A DNA stretch of 63,235 bases, filler included, from Vannella sp. (lineage: Eukaryota): the NCBI GenBank assembly GCA_023345925.1. It is 7 parts of 7 records of this genome, joined end to end, with 100 filler letters (N's around TTAATTAATTAA, not from the genome) between each part and the next. Parts side by side here need not be neighbours in the genome. Positions count along the whole stretch, not along the records: positions 14,582 to 23,879 come from JAJQQN010000155.1; positions 23,980 to 41,239 come from JAJQQN010000218.1; 5 more parts are not named here. One strand, written 5' to 3'. Positions 19,616 through 31,141 of the stretch are shown here, piece after piece. Under the pieces are notes generated by a model. That model was not told the origin of the DNA, ran no database searches, and worked only from the letters and a program-made list of their open reading frames with translations. A program made the position numbers and the translations under genes. Each line of letters opens with the position of its first letter. The first letter of the stretch is position 1.

Positions 19616-22437
19616 ATGCCACGACGAAGCAGTTCCCCCATGCTGGGGACTTCCTTTGAAACGGTCGAAGTGCCTGTGGTCCCTGAAGGAGGAGGTAAAC
19701 AGCTTAGTTCGATGAGATCGCGTTCGTTTAGAGCTCTTTTGTCCTCTTCTAGGGGAGAAAAGGTAAGAGTGACCTTCCAACATGGCTATCCTTGTATTAA
19801 GATCACACGTGAAGGGCCAAACCTCCCCCAGGAGCCTCTTTCGAGGGGAAACACGAAGCGAGAGAGCATGCTTTGATGGAGCTGGGTCCAGCCCTCCTGA
19901 AACAGAAGCAGAGCTCTCTCCACGCATTTACGCCTTGCGTAGGAAGCATGGATCGTACAATGGAGACCCCCTACAGCCCAACTTGGACCCAATTGTTCCT
20001 GATCCCGTCCATCATCACCCCCGTAGCGTGCCTCAAGCGTACCCCCAATCCACACGAGTGAAGAAGAGAAAACGCACGTTCAGCAGGAGCAAGGAGAAGA
20101 GCGACGAGTGCCTGGCGACTCCTCCCATGGAGGACATGTCACAGGAGACACAGGAGCCCTTCCAAGTGCGCCTTCCGGTAGTAGAAGCAACCCAATTCAA
20201 GCTGGACGGGCCCTCGTTACAAACTAGACGGCTACGGTGGGTCCACCTCTCTTGCAAAGGGAGTTCGCCCTCCGATCGGCTCTATCACGACTCGACAGTG
20301 GTCAACGACGCTCTCTACATCACAGGAGGCACCAATGGAGAGAGCGTTATGAACCAGATCTACAAGCTTGACCTGAGTAAGACTCCTTTCAGTCGTTTCG
20401 CCTTCTAACGTCCGATGTAGCGTCCTACACGTGGTCCCAACCTTCTGCAAAGGGTAAAACCCCTCCCCATAGATACGGACACACTTGTACGGCACTAGGA
20501 GATCAGCTCCTCCTCTTTGGAGGGCGCAACAAGTTCTTTGTGCTCGCTGACCTTCATATCTTTGACACCAGTAAGCAGGTAGAGCCAAGAAACTTCAAAA
20601 CTAATCATCTCCTCAGTTACTACCACGTGGCATCGCCTGTATCCCTCCACACCACTCCCAGCCAGAGCTTATCACAAGACATCCATCCATCGAGAATACG
20701 CGTATTTCATTGGAGGCATCGACAGCACCGGTCAGACCGTCGACTCTATCATTAAGTATCGGTTAAGTATGTTTCCCTCAGGTCTGACCGACTGCCACAC
20801 TCACTGAAAGGGTCAGCGGACAACACTTGGAGTGAATTCACTATTCCCTCCGTCCGAGGACGTGCAAGATGTGCACTGGCTGAATTAGGAGAAGGAAAGG
20901 TGGTTCTGATAGGAGGGTGTCGCTCTACCAAGAACCTTTTCAACTCTGAGGGCAAATATGTCAAAGAAATGCTTGTTATTGACTTGGGTAAGTTCACTGT
21001 CTCCTCAGAACTCCTCCTGGAGTAACAATTGAGTGCTCCAGCATACAAAACCATCATCAAGTCCATCAAATTAGACCCACAACTGAGATTGGTCAACGCA
21101 TGCTCGGTGTCCTTTGACAGCAATATTATTCTCTTTGGAGGGTACAACAGGCGGGACCCTGTTGATGCTCGCGTAAAGCTACTGAGCTATCACGACTCTG
21201 AGTGGATTTATGAATCCTTCTCTCCAAACGGGACTCGGCCACATGACTTGGAAGGTCACTCCATGAGCCTTTATCGCAACAGCCTTGTGATCTTTGGGGG
21301 GCAAACTCAAGGAGCAGGACTATGTTCGCACAGCTATCTTTTGCAATGGAGCTCTCCAGCTCGTAGAACTTCCCGTTTCTCGCTGGATATTCTTTGTAAG
21401 TGTCTTCCAATTCCCTTCGCTTGGCTCATTCTTGGACAGCCAACTTGTTTGGACCAAATGAAAAGCCTTTAGCAAAGAAATCTGAAGAGCTCCTTCTGAT
21501 ATCTATGGATTCTATCACCCAAGAAGAGAGAATCGCCAGAGGTGCCTCTGGAATCGTTATGAAAGCTCTCGTAGGTTTTCTTCTTTTAGAATGTCTAAAG
21601 GCTGACTTTTATGCAGTGGAACAATCGCTATGTGGTCTTAAAGGACTTCTGCGGAGACGAAGATGATATATTTGAAGCCGAAGTCAAAATACTTACGTTA
21701 GTCCTCCCATTCTGCCTCTCACGATGTTCACTGAAATACCCCAGGCGATTGCGCCACCCTAATGTGGTAGAATGCCTTGGGCTCATCAAAATCCCTCGCA
21801 AAATCATCGTCTTTGAGTATGTGCCGCTTGGTGACTTGTACAACTTCTGCCGGGTATGTTTGGCTCCTCTCGGATGTCCCTTGTTGTCCTCTTATACTTG
21901 ATGCAGAAGCAGCAACAGCCTTTCAGCTGGCCTTTGATACTCTCCATGGCGATTGGCCTTGCCAAAGGGATGGTCCATTTGCACCTCCACAACATTCTCC
22001 ACCGGGACCTTAAAAGTCTGAATGTTTTGGTCACCTCCACGGACCCTGAAGAAGAGGTGACTGTTAAGTTAATGGACTTTGGAGAATCGGAAGAGACTTT
22101 TCAGTACCGCGAAGATAATCACCTTTGTGGAACTATCCGTTGGATGGCGCCAGAGATTTACAAGGGCAAGCCATACACTCCAAAGTCTGATGTGTTCAGC
22201 TACGGTATCATCCTGTGGGAGCTCTTCTCCCTCCAAGTGCCCTTCCATGAGATCCCACGAGACTTCCAGGTGGGCGACGCAATCGCCAATGGTCAGCGCC
22301 CTTCTTTTGCTCCAGATTGCTTGATTGGATATCGTGCTCTTGCTCAATCGTGTTGGGACCCCTGTCCGCAGTCCCGCCCCACCTTCGACGAAGCCCTCTT
22401 GGTACTTGAAGAACTCAAGTTGCGGTTCTCCTCATAA
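19616..22437 (+). CDS. Kelch-repeat + tyrosine-kinase-like (TKL) protein kinase, multi-exon; start uncertain
   Basis: Kelch motifs LYITGG, ILFGG, LVIFGG; kinase motifs ARGASG, HRDLKSLN, DFG, GTIRWMAPE, SDVFSYG. Confidence 0.88.
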
Positions 22438-22592
22438 ATTGGCTGTTCAATGGCACTCAGCGAGCTCTTCTTCTCGGGAAGCCGACACGTTCCTCTTGGC
22501 ACGCGCCATTTGGAGGGAGCGTGCCATATGGAAGGACCGTCGTCCCCCGAAAGAGGGTGCGAAATGAAGATAAATCCTTGTATTTAACGAAT

Positions 22593-23859
22593 CTAAGCCT
22601 CGATAAGATCTCTCTTGCGCTTGCCCATGAACTTGGCCTTCTCGTCCGCAGTCTGGAAGCGACCGTGTCCGAACTTGGAAGAGGTATCGATGAACTTGAG
22701 TGCAATCTCTTCGGTGGCGTTACGGCTGGTCTGGCGGAGAAGAGTCTTGCGGAGGGTGAGGACTCGCTTGCGGGGACCGACGCATGTTCCACGGAGCATG
22801 ATCCAATCGTTCTTAATGTTTCCGTAGTGAGGGAAGCCACCGAGGGGGGTGATCTCCTTCTTGGTCAAGTCGAACTCAGTAGAGGCAGAGTGATCAACGA
22901 CAACGTTGCCCTTATCGTCCTTGACAATAGATCCATCAGCGTCAAACTGAGGAGCGGCGATCTTGTAGATCTTCTTGTTGATCTGAGTACGGTGATGGTA
23001 ACCGTTCTGACCAGCACGAGCCACAGAGTACTTGACGCGGGATGGATGCCAGGCTCCAATACAGGCAACCTTGCGGAGACCCTTGTGGGTCTTTCGGGGA
23101 AGTTTGGATGTTCCCCAACGGGCGGTAACACCTTCGAAACCCTTACCCTTGGTAACACCAATAACGTCAATCATCTCATCGCGGGAGAAGACCTTTGAGA
23201 TAGGGATGGCTTGCTCGAAGAGACCAACACCGAAGTCGACCTTGGCGGCGATGTCACCACCGTTGATTTGGATCTCCATAAGGTGAGCCTTTCGCTGGGA
23301 GAGAGGAAGCTTGTCCATGTCGGAGTGAGCCAAGACGCGGATGACCTTGCAGTACTTCTTCATCTTAGCAAGCTCACGCTTCTGGTTGACATTGGTGGTC
23401 TTGTCAGCGTTGTGCTTAGTGAACGCCTTCTTCTTGGAACGGTACCAGTTCTTGTAGAAGCGACGGAGGACCTGGGGCTGAAGATGGGAGGCCCAGACGG
23501 TGGACAGAGCACGGAGGCCAGAGGGAGTCTCGATGTAGCCAACCAAGCCAACAACGGTGATTGGGGGAGTCTCCAAGATGGTGACGCTCTCGACGGCTTC
23601 CTTCTTGTGCATCTTGGATCCTGGCTTATCGACATCGCGAACGATGTGGGTCATGCCAGCCTTGTAGGCGAAGAACGCAGTCAAGTGAGGGGGCACAGCG
23701 GGGACGTCCTTGGGGAAGGACTTGCACTTTCCTCTGTGTCGGGTTGCGCGCTTGCGGGGCAAGAAGCCAAGAGATCCATGTCTGGGTGCTAACGTAGATT
23801 TTGAGGAAGAGATCAAAGAGAAAGCGGGGCCACATACCTTCGAACTTCCTATGCGACAT
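22593..23859 (-). CDS. RPL3: 60S ribosomal protein L3 (uL3)
   Basis: MSHRKFE | intron ~23790-23837 | [14 protein letters not shown]...[16 protein letters not shown]. Confidence 0.99.
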
Positions 23860-23879
23860 GAGAAGGAGAAGGGAAAAAG

Positions 23880-23979
23880 NNNNNNNNNNNNNNNNNNNNN
23901 NNNNNNNNNNNNNNNNNNNNNNNTTAATTAATTAANNNNNNNNNNNNNNNNNNNNNNNNNNNNNNNNNNNNNNNNNNNN
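23880..23979. other. Artificial contig linker
   Basis: 44N-TTAATTAATTAA-44N. Confidence 0.97.
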
Positions 23980-23980
23980 A

Positions 23981-24160
23981 ATCCTTGTGAAAGGAACTCT
24001 CTTGACTGCGACAGTGAAGGATGCCAATGCTCACTCAGTTCTACTTGCTCTCATGTATTGCCCAACTGAAGACCAAAAACACTGGAATATCTTCATTCGT
24101 ATGCTGAAATGCCTTTATTAAGGAATTAACATCATTAGGTCGGATGAGGACGAGAAAATC
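23981..24160 (+). pseudogene. Mutator-like (MULE) transposase fragment with in-frame stop
   Basis: Reads KGTLLTATVKDANAHSVLLALMYCPTEDQKHWNIFIRMLKCLY*GINIIRSDEDEKI, matching the MULE core pattern G.LL.A...DAN....LA......E....W..F...L...I.SD. Confidence 0.7.
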
Positions 24161-24180
24161 CACGAGCGGGAAGAGGGTTC

Positions 24181-24255
24181 CAAAACTCGGGTTTGCTTAA
24201 AGTGTCCTGATGACCTCCATTTCTTCAGGATAAGCTTTTGGGCTGATTTCATTTT
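24181..24255 (+). repeat. Dispersed 75-bp element, copy 2
   Basis: Near-identical to 19174-19248, which is on a different contig. Confidence 0.85.
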
Positions 24256-24335
24256 TTTAGTTTTGGGTGACCCCAAAATCTAGGTATTTTGGATAAATTC
24301 TCATTAATCTATTCCCCTAGTGGCTTTGGCACTAC

Positions 24336-24356
24336 TTTAGGGTTTAGGGTTTAAGG
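24336..24356 (+). repeat. Interstitial (TTTAGGG)n-like tract
   Basis: tttaggg tttaggg tttaagg, ~30 bp upstream of an ATG. Confidence 0.6.
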
Positions 24357-24386
24357 TTCATTCTTTGCGGGCTTCGGTCGCGGGGC

Positions 24387-25760
24387 ATGCGCGAGATTCC
24401 CGGCTTTTCTTACGATCCTGCGACGGATCGTTACTTTCGTTTGCGCCCTGGGGAGCAACCGAGTGCTCCTCTTCCTCCAGTGAGGGAGAGAGAGCCGGTG
24501 GTTCCGAGCCCTGCCATGTTTTGTGGGTCTCGGCGCACCGGGTTGGCGGCTTTGATGGATCTGCGAAGTTGTGGTGGTATGGGGTCCTCTGCCTTCACCA
24601 GGAGAGCAGAGATAGAGCTATTGCATCAGCGAAGTGACATGAGAAGGGAGCAAGGCGCTTCTCCAACAAGGAGAGAACCAAGTGGAGGAGCCAACCAAGT
24701 TGGGTTTGCGCGGGGTCCCTTTCTCTCAGCATTGGTCCCATCTTCTCCCTACTTTCTTGAATGGACACGAAGTTCTTACTCTCTGCATCAAAGGACATTC
24801 TCCCGCCAGTGGAAGCGGTTCGGAATGGATGTCTTACTCCACGAATCTTATCCAAACGGAGATGTGACCCAAATCAACTGGGGCTTTCATCAATCACCCC
24901 TCCTCCTAGTGGCTCTCTCTGGGGAAGGAGAGAATGGAGGCCGATGTAAAGTAATTCGTCTCTCTGATTCGCAGGAGCCTTCAGGAAATCGGGGGTTCGT
25001 TCGATTGGAGCCTCAAGTAGTTGCTACTTTAGTGGCTTACAAAAAGTCTCTTTTTTCTTGTGCTTGGCTCCCTGCGACGACTCAAGTAACATTGGGCATC
25101 AACAAAGGCGCTTTACTGTTTGATGTGTCAAACGGTAGAATCCAAAGGCGTTTTGAAGCGCCTTCTGACGTTCTTTTCCAGCAGGCAGACCAATCTGGTG
25201 TACTAGTTCATGGACTAAGAGGTGGTAAATTGTGTGTGACAGACATTCGGATAGCAGGAAAGAAAGCCGTTCCATTTGGGAGTCATCAGAGTCCAGAAGG
25301 GTGTCCAAATCAGTTTTATGGGCACGTTAATTTAACACAAATGCAGTTGCTGAACGATGACAACTATCTTTTGAACTCTTATTCGGATGGGAGAGTAAGT
25401 TCAACTGGAGAGTGTCTTAATCTCTAACCAATGCTTGTTTAGGTTCTCTTGTGGGACCGGCGGATGGAACGCAAAGTAGCTCAGTATGGAGAGTTTGGGA
25501 CCAGGGCTTTCTGTATGGATACGAAGCAGAACGCTCTTTTTACTCTGAACGAAAATGACGAGATTCTGACTTGGGACCTTTGGCGGGCTCGTCTTCGAGA
25601 TGTTTCTTCGCTTCCCAATGGTTCTGCTGCCCAGTCCATCCTTTATGCGGATTCCTGGCCTCTTTCCTCTCTCACAACTTCTCCCGCTAACACTTTCCCT
25701 TCTCTTGTTGTCTCTGGAACGAACTCGTTTCTGCATACCCACCATTTATACACCACTTAA
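24387..25760 (+). CDS. DCAF4/WDR21-like WD40 protein
   Basis: N-terminal EIPGFSYDPATDRYF; WD repeats (GLRGGKLCVTDIR, GHVN, LWDRR, TWDL); intron ~25395-25442. Confidence 0.85.
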
Positions 25761-25906
25761 TTAGTGCTCTTTCATTGCCGTCACTTACCAGCAGCTCATT
25801 GTTTGCGCAAAACAGTGCAGCTCCTTTGGGGAGAGAATAAGTACCTATCTCCTATCTCCCCCCAAAGGGTAGGTGACTGAGGAAGAGCAAGCTTTGAGGG
25901 TTTATC

Positions 25907-28900
25907 TTATTGTCGGTCCTTTTCATCAACTCGCATAGATGTGTGGAAAGAGGCCAGCGAATTCCGGAGTTCTTCGTTCTGATCCAGCATTTGGTTCATC
26001 ACACTTTGCGGCGTGTCAGGGGTTGCTGAGCGTGTTACAAAACGGAGATAGTATCTCTCCCAAAGGCGCAGTGATGGATAGGCAAAATTGGGGCTGACAA
26101 GTTGGTCATGAGGCTGGTAGAACGCATTCACATACTTTCGCTTGGAAGCGTTGACAGATGTCCAAATGGAGGTTGTGCGATCAACAAGATACTCTTCATT
26201 CTTTTCTTGTGCGCAGTTCACTAGAAAAGAGCCAAAGCGGCAAGAGTACGTGTGATCCATTATGAACAGTAAAAGTGATTCGTTGAATTCTGCGATGCAA
26301 GGAAACTGCTGCAGAATTTGCCAAATGCACTCGATAAAGACCAAAAATATTGGCGATTCATTCCCCTCGTCGCGTTTTGCTCTCAAATGGCCCAAGCGAG
26401 TGGCAAACATGTGCCCAAAAGACATCCATTCCTTTTCAATCAGTACCTCGAACCCAATGATCGTCCGGTAGTAGGGATCCAGCAGGAATTGGGCCAATGC
26501 ACATACTTGCGGGGTCCGATCCCAGCCATCAGAACAGTGGACCACAACTGAGTTACCCTTATCCAGCAGCTTAGCCACACTGCAGGCACCCTTCAAGACA
26601 GACGCAACCGTTTGAAGCCAAGAAGTAGCCTCCAAACGGGTCAGCCACTGAGGACTACTGTAGTAGTTTTCGTATTTGCACAAAGCCAGCATCTTGTAGA
26701 AGCTTTCCCGAACTTTGTGAATATTCTCGATTTTCAGGAATTTCAAAGTGCAGTCTTGGTACAGTGTTATGTCCTCGAAGCCTCCCTTTAGGAGTTGATT
26801 AGCTTTTGCGTTTGCCAGAGGTCTACAATCGACCAAACAAAGACTACTGCCCATCGTGTTATTCTCTCGAATCATCTGAATAAGACTCTCATCATAGATT
26901 GAACGGGAGTTTTTGAGGATTCTCAGTCCAATCAAAGGTTGTGCACACCGAGTCAGAGTTGCTCCATTATGATTGTTACGCCATACTGTGGCAGGAATTC
27001 TCTGCTTGCTTCGGAATGCAGCTACTTGCTTGACCAGCTCTTCGTTACAGTTCTTTGGTACGACAAAGCAGGAGGGATATGAGTTGCAAAGCTGATATCG
27101 GTTATTGGCAAAACTCAATCGCCAGCCATTTCTCTCAACGAGTCCCAGTCTCTCGTATTCTCCGATTGGTTCATAAATCTCCCAGCCATTAACCATCTGC
27201 CTTGCAGAGGGAGGCTTATCGAGCAGATTGGCGTAAATGGCTTCATGCTCGCGGTTTGCGAAGGCAAAGGTTTGAGAGATGGAGCGGAGTCCTCCAATTG
27301 CGGAGTAGAATTGGGAGATGTTCTTTTGGCCTTCAACGCTGCATGAAATATGAATTGCGTTCTTACACTCCAGGTGAAAGCCAGTATAAGCTTGCGCATC
27401 CTTTCCAAATTCTACGCTGCGGAGGATGGAGGTGAGCGGTATGTAGGCATCGGCATTCGTTGAAAAGTAAGTAGAACGGTTGATAGAGATAAGAATGAGC
27501 TGAAAATTGGTGATTAAAAGTGTCCCTCGAGCGGGAGGATGCGGTGGAAACGAGAATTTACAGTTTTGGAAGGTTGCTTGAATCGCCTCTCCTGGTAGCA
27601 AATGCGGTTGTAAGGAACCAGAAGCCAGTTTTAGAGCGCGCATGAGTGCAAGCTCTTTCTCATCCAACTCTTCTTTGAGGGGATTGGGAATTTGCTTTTT
27701 GAAAGTGTTGTGAAGGCTGGTGACCTCACTAACATTGAAGTAAAATATGAGTTTGTCTTCACCACGGGGCTTATGAGTGGTATCAATAGGAAAGTTAAGA
27801 TCTTGAGCCATCTCTTCAATGAGATTTTGAGGGTCCTGCAGGACGGCTCTTGTACGTTCAAGTACAAGGCAGGACACATTTTGGTCTTCCAACGACAAGG
27901 CCTCAGGGCGGTAAAGTTGAATAATGTTGCGGATGGACAGAATGGCCTGTGCTACCGTACAGGAAGAGTTGGCCACCATTATTGCTTCACCAGTTTGGGG
28001 GAGGCTCACTTCAAAGGTCCGAAAGCGTGTTGGATTTGGCTGGGAAAGTCCAACATCAGCTGGAGGTAGAATATGGAGGAGGATTTTCCTCGGAGTATCT
28101 CTTGGCTGAATAAACAGGATAGGAGCAGTGAATTCGGTCAGAATTATTGCTTGCGATAGAGGAAGATCATTATTAGCCCAACCACCTGATATAGCTTTTT
28201 GACTGCTCTCCTCTAATGTAGGCTGATCTTGCGTCAGAATACGATCTGGAGCAAAGCTGGGCAAGAAAAGTCCGAACTCAGTGGAACCTTGGCTTGGATA
28301 GATCTTGCGAGCTTTAGCGACCTCCAAAATTCGCTGGATAGCAGAGAACACAGAAGAATTGATGTCTATGCTAATGGAAAGGTGCTTTTCACCTTGAGGT
28401 GAGGAGAACAGGACGATAAAGTGCCTAAGGATCACTATTTCTTCCTCTTCCTCGTGAACCACCAAGTGAGTTGGAGACTTTTCTGTTTGGTTTCTGGTTG
28501 AGTCTGCATCTAAGATATAGCTTTGGTCTGGACTAGAACTATCAGCACCGTTAATGTCCTCCTTTGACCTTCGAGGAGAGAAAATGGATGGAAGGGGAGT
28601 ACTGGGCATGGGTTTGCGGACGAGAGAGCGTAAAATTGACATAATCTTGTCTCTTGGTAATGGACTGGGCAACTCTGGGACCTCCCCATCAGGTGGAGGA
28701 ATGTCAGTTTCTTCCACAAGCACTTTCTCCTGTTTCTGCAGCTGATTGGGCCTTTTGTTAAGGTCCCAGGGTTCTATTTCTTCTTCTGCTGAGCAATCAG
28801 AGGTAGATCCAAGGTGAGTGTCCTCATAAGGACGATATTCTTTCAACTTGAAGGAATCTGAGTTGCCCTGTGACAAAGGTGAGGCCGGAGCAGTGCTTAA

Positions 28901-29281
28901 ATGATAGAAAGTACCTGTTTGAGGTAGTAGGAGAGTTGAGAGTCGAAAGGAAGGGGTTTGGGAGCTCCTGCTTTGAACAACTGCCACGATTCCTCCACGA
29001 AAGGTTGGTGCGGGCGCAGTGAGTCCCATAGCAGGCGCATGGCATCTTTAACTGTTGATCGATCGTCAAAGTGGAGCAGGGCTGAGTGCTCGAGGTCAAA
29101 AAGGGAGATCTGCGCACTCCAAAAGGTTCCCCCTCCCTGCTCTCCTTGTGCCAAAGGGTGGAACAACACCGATACCACCTGAGACTCCTCAAAGCATAAA
29201 TCCTCTCCCTCCCCCTCGTTGGAGACCTGCAGAGTCCTCATCCTTTGCAGAAGCCGACTTGGCCGCCTGTTAGCGCTCATC
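25907..29281 (-). CDS. Myotubularin-family PI3P phosphatase with N-terminal ubiquitin-like domains
   Basis: Active-site VVVHCSDGWDRTPQ; PH-GRAM GTLLITNFQL; LIEKEWMSFGH; 5' exon joined by an intron ~28869-28915. Confidence 0.93.
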
Positions 29282-29323
29282 AAATGAACCCAAATATTCC
29301 CTTTTCCCTTCCAAATATCATGT

Positions 29324-29664
29324 TCATCTGATCTTATAATGAAGAACTGAAGAGACCCAAAACTCGTGTTTGGAAGAGAAAATCGCCACCATGACCGGCC
29401 TTGGACGGAACAGTGAGCTCAGGATAAAGGTGATGTTCAAGCCCAACGTTGTAACAGCTGTTGCAATGACGACCTCCCGTCCTTTCCAAGTAATCACATT
29501 CAAAGCAAACCCCACCCCATACGCAATGGCCCACAGGGAGCGCTAGAACACTCCCAATCAGAAGGAGGACAAGATAGCGAAGCGTAGCTAACTAAGAAGC
29601 TGACGTGGAGAACCACCAAAAGCGGAAAAGGTCCAATTTGATTGGACGCCCATTTCCCGCTCAT
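29324..29664 (-). CDS. Possible small membrane protein
   Basis: ATG 29664 plus a 50-nt GT-AG intron gives a ~95-aa hydrophobic ORF; no family recognised. Confidence 0.3.
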
Positions 29665-29730
29665 TCTGCTCCTAAACCGAGAGCGAGCGGATTTATGATT
29701 TTGGGGTATTCATTTCATTAGGTTGGGAGG

Positions 29731-31103
29731 ATGCGCTGTTTGGCGGGGTTGCTGGTTGTTGTGGTGGGCTTGTGCGCTTCGGTCTCGCTGTTGGTGGGTA
29801 TTAGAGGGGCGCTGCCTGTGTGGCCGGAGAGCTTCCCGGAGGAGGTGATGTATCCCTTCTTGGACCCGATCTTTGAGGGGGATTGGATGGCCACGTTGTC
29901 GAAGGGTCGCATCCATCATGTCGAAGTGTGGAACCCGTACGGGCTTTCTGAGAAGTTCAAAGTCATTTTCGAGGATGGCAAGGTAGCCTCTGGCAAGCTT
30001 ATGAGGCCTTTCTCCTTCTGGGAGCCAGCTTTCCGCCCATTCGGGTGGCGCCAGTTCGTACTCTTCCGTAGGAGCAAGCCTGGACTCATCTTTGGTGAAT
30101 CGTAGAACAGATAGAGCTCACAGAAGATACTCAAGGAGTTCTGCTGGTGAGTACCAAGCCATGAGCGAGATCGGAGCCTTCTACGTCGACCGCGCCCTCG
30201 GATGGCGCCGTAAACCACCAACAAGCGGACGCCTCATTCCCAGTCACACGGTATGTCTCTAAGACAATGACTTCTTCCCTACTAAGAGGCTGCAAAGCTC
30301 TACGCAATGGATGACAGTTGGTGGGGCTTCATGCAACGTGCTTTGCCCAATTTCGATGTGGAAGTGTCTCTGATTGCCTGGTTTGACGGGATTGCCATCA
30401 AAGCTCCAGAAGATCGCTATTTGGAGGTTATGTTGCACCTGGCAGAGCCAAAGGACGCAGATTTGGACACTCTCAGGCAGATAGCAAATGTCATGGTTTT
30501 TGACTTTCTTGTGGACGGTGGGATGACCGCTCTTGTTTGTCTCTTTTGCTACTGACTCTGAGGTTAGATCATGATCGAATTGAGTCGCATAACTGGCTCA
30601 AGGATAGCCGAGGAAGTTACATCTTTTGGGATAGCGGATTGGCATTCCGTCATGGGACAAGTGGGCGCCGTGACAGAGGCAGAGACATCTTTTGCGGGCG
30701 CAGGGAGTGGGTGGCCTTGACAAGCGCTCGTTCGGAAAACAAAACCTGCCAAAGAACCTGCCTTTTTAGCAAAAGCACAATCGATCAACTTCGGCGGTTT
30801 GGATGTGAGTTGAGTTACGGTTCAAGTTGCAAGTGAACTGATTCGTCGCCTGGTGCAGTTAGTTCTGAGGACAAAAAGCAGCGATTGAGTCTCTTGGTGC
30901 GCTCAGAAATGCGGAAAGATCCGCTTTATCCGGTGTTTCATTATAACGCTTATTTGCCTGGGAGCATGCGTTTCCCCAAGGTCAATTACAAGACCACTGA
31001 CTTCCTCGAAGGATTGGACATTCGCTTGCAAGAATTACTTCTTTATGTGGACGAATGCGTTGAGCAGTTTGGGGAGCAACGCGTTCTGATAAATGACATT
31101 TGA
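29731..31103 (+). CDS. Secretory-pathway kinase, Fam20/Four-jointed-like, multi-exon
   Basis: N-terminal signal anchor; VFDFLVD|DHDR..HN...YIFWDSGLAF.HG; CLFSKST; RLQELLLYVDECVEQFG. Confidence 0.75.
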
Positions 31104-31141
31104 ATGAATCAAAGGGATCGGGGCAAGGTACATCAGGAAGT

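Noticed and set aside
22521..23792. Long plus-strand ORFs (225 and 193 aa)
   Set aside because: Antisense shadows of the codon-biased RPL3 gene.
24119..24121. In-frame TAA as evidence for an alternative genetic code
   Set aside because: TAA, TAG and TGA all end conserved genes here (H3, RPL3, FKBP); other ORF breaks are explained by short introns.
24207..24247. Box C (TGATGA) and box D (CTGA) as a C/D snoRNA
   Set aside because: Too short, and box D is not conserved in the 19174 copy.
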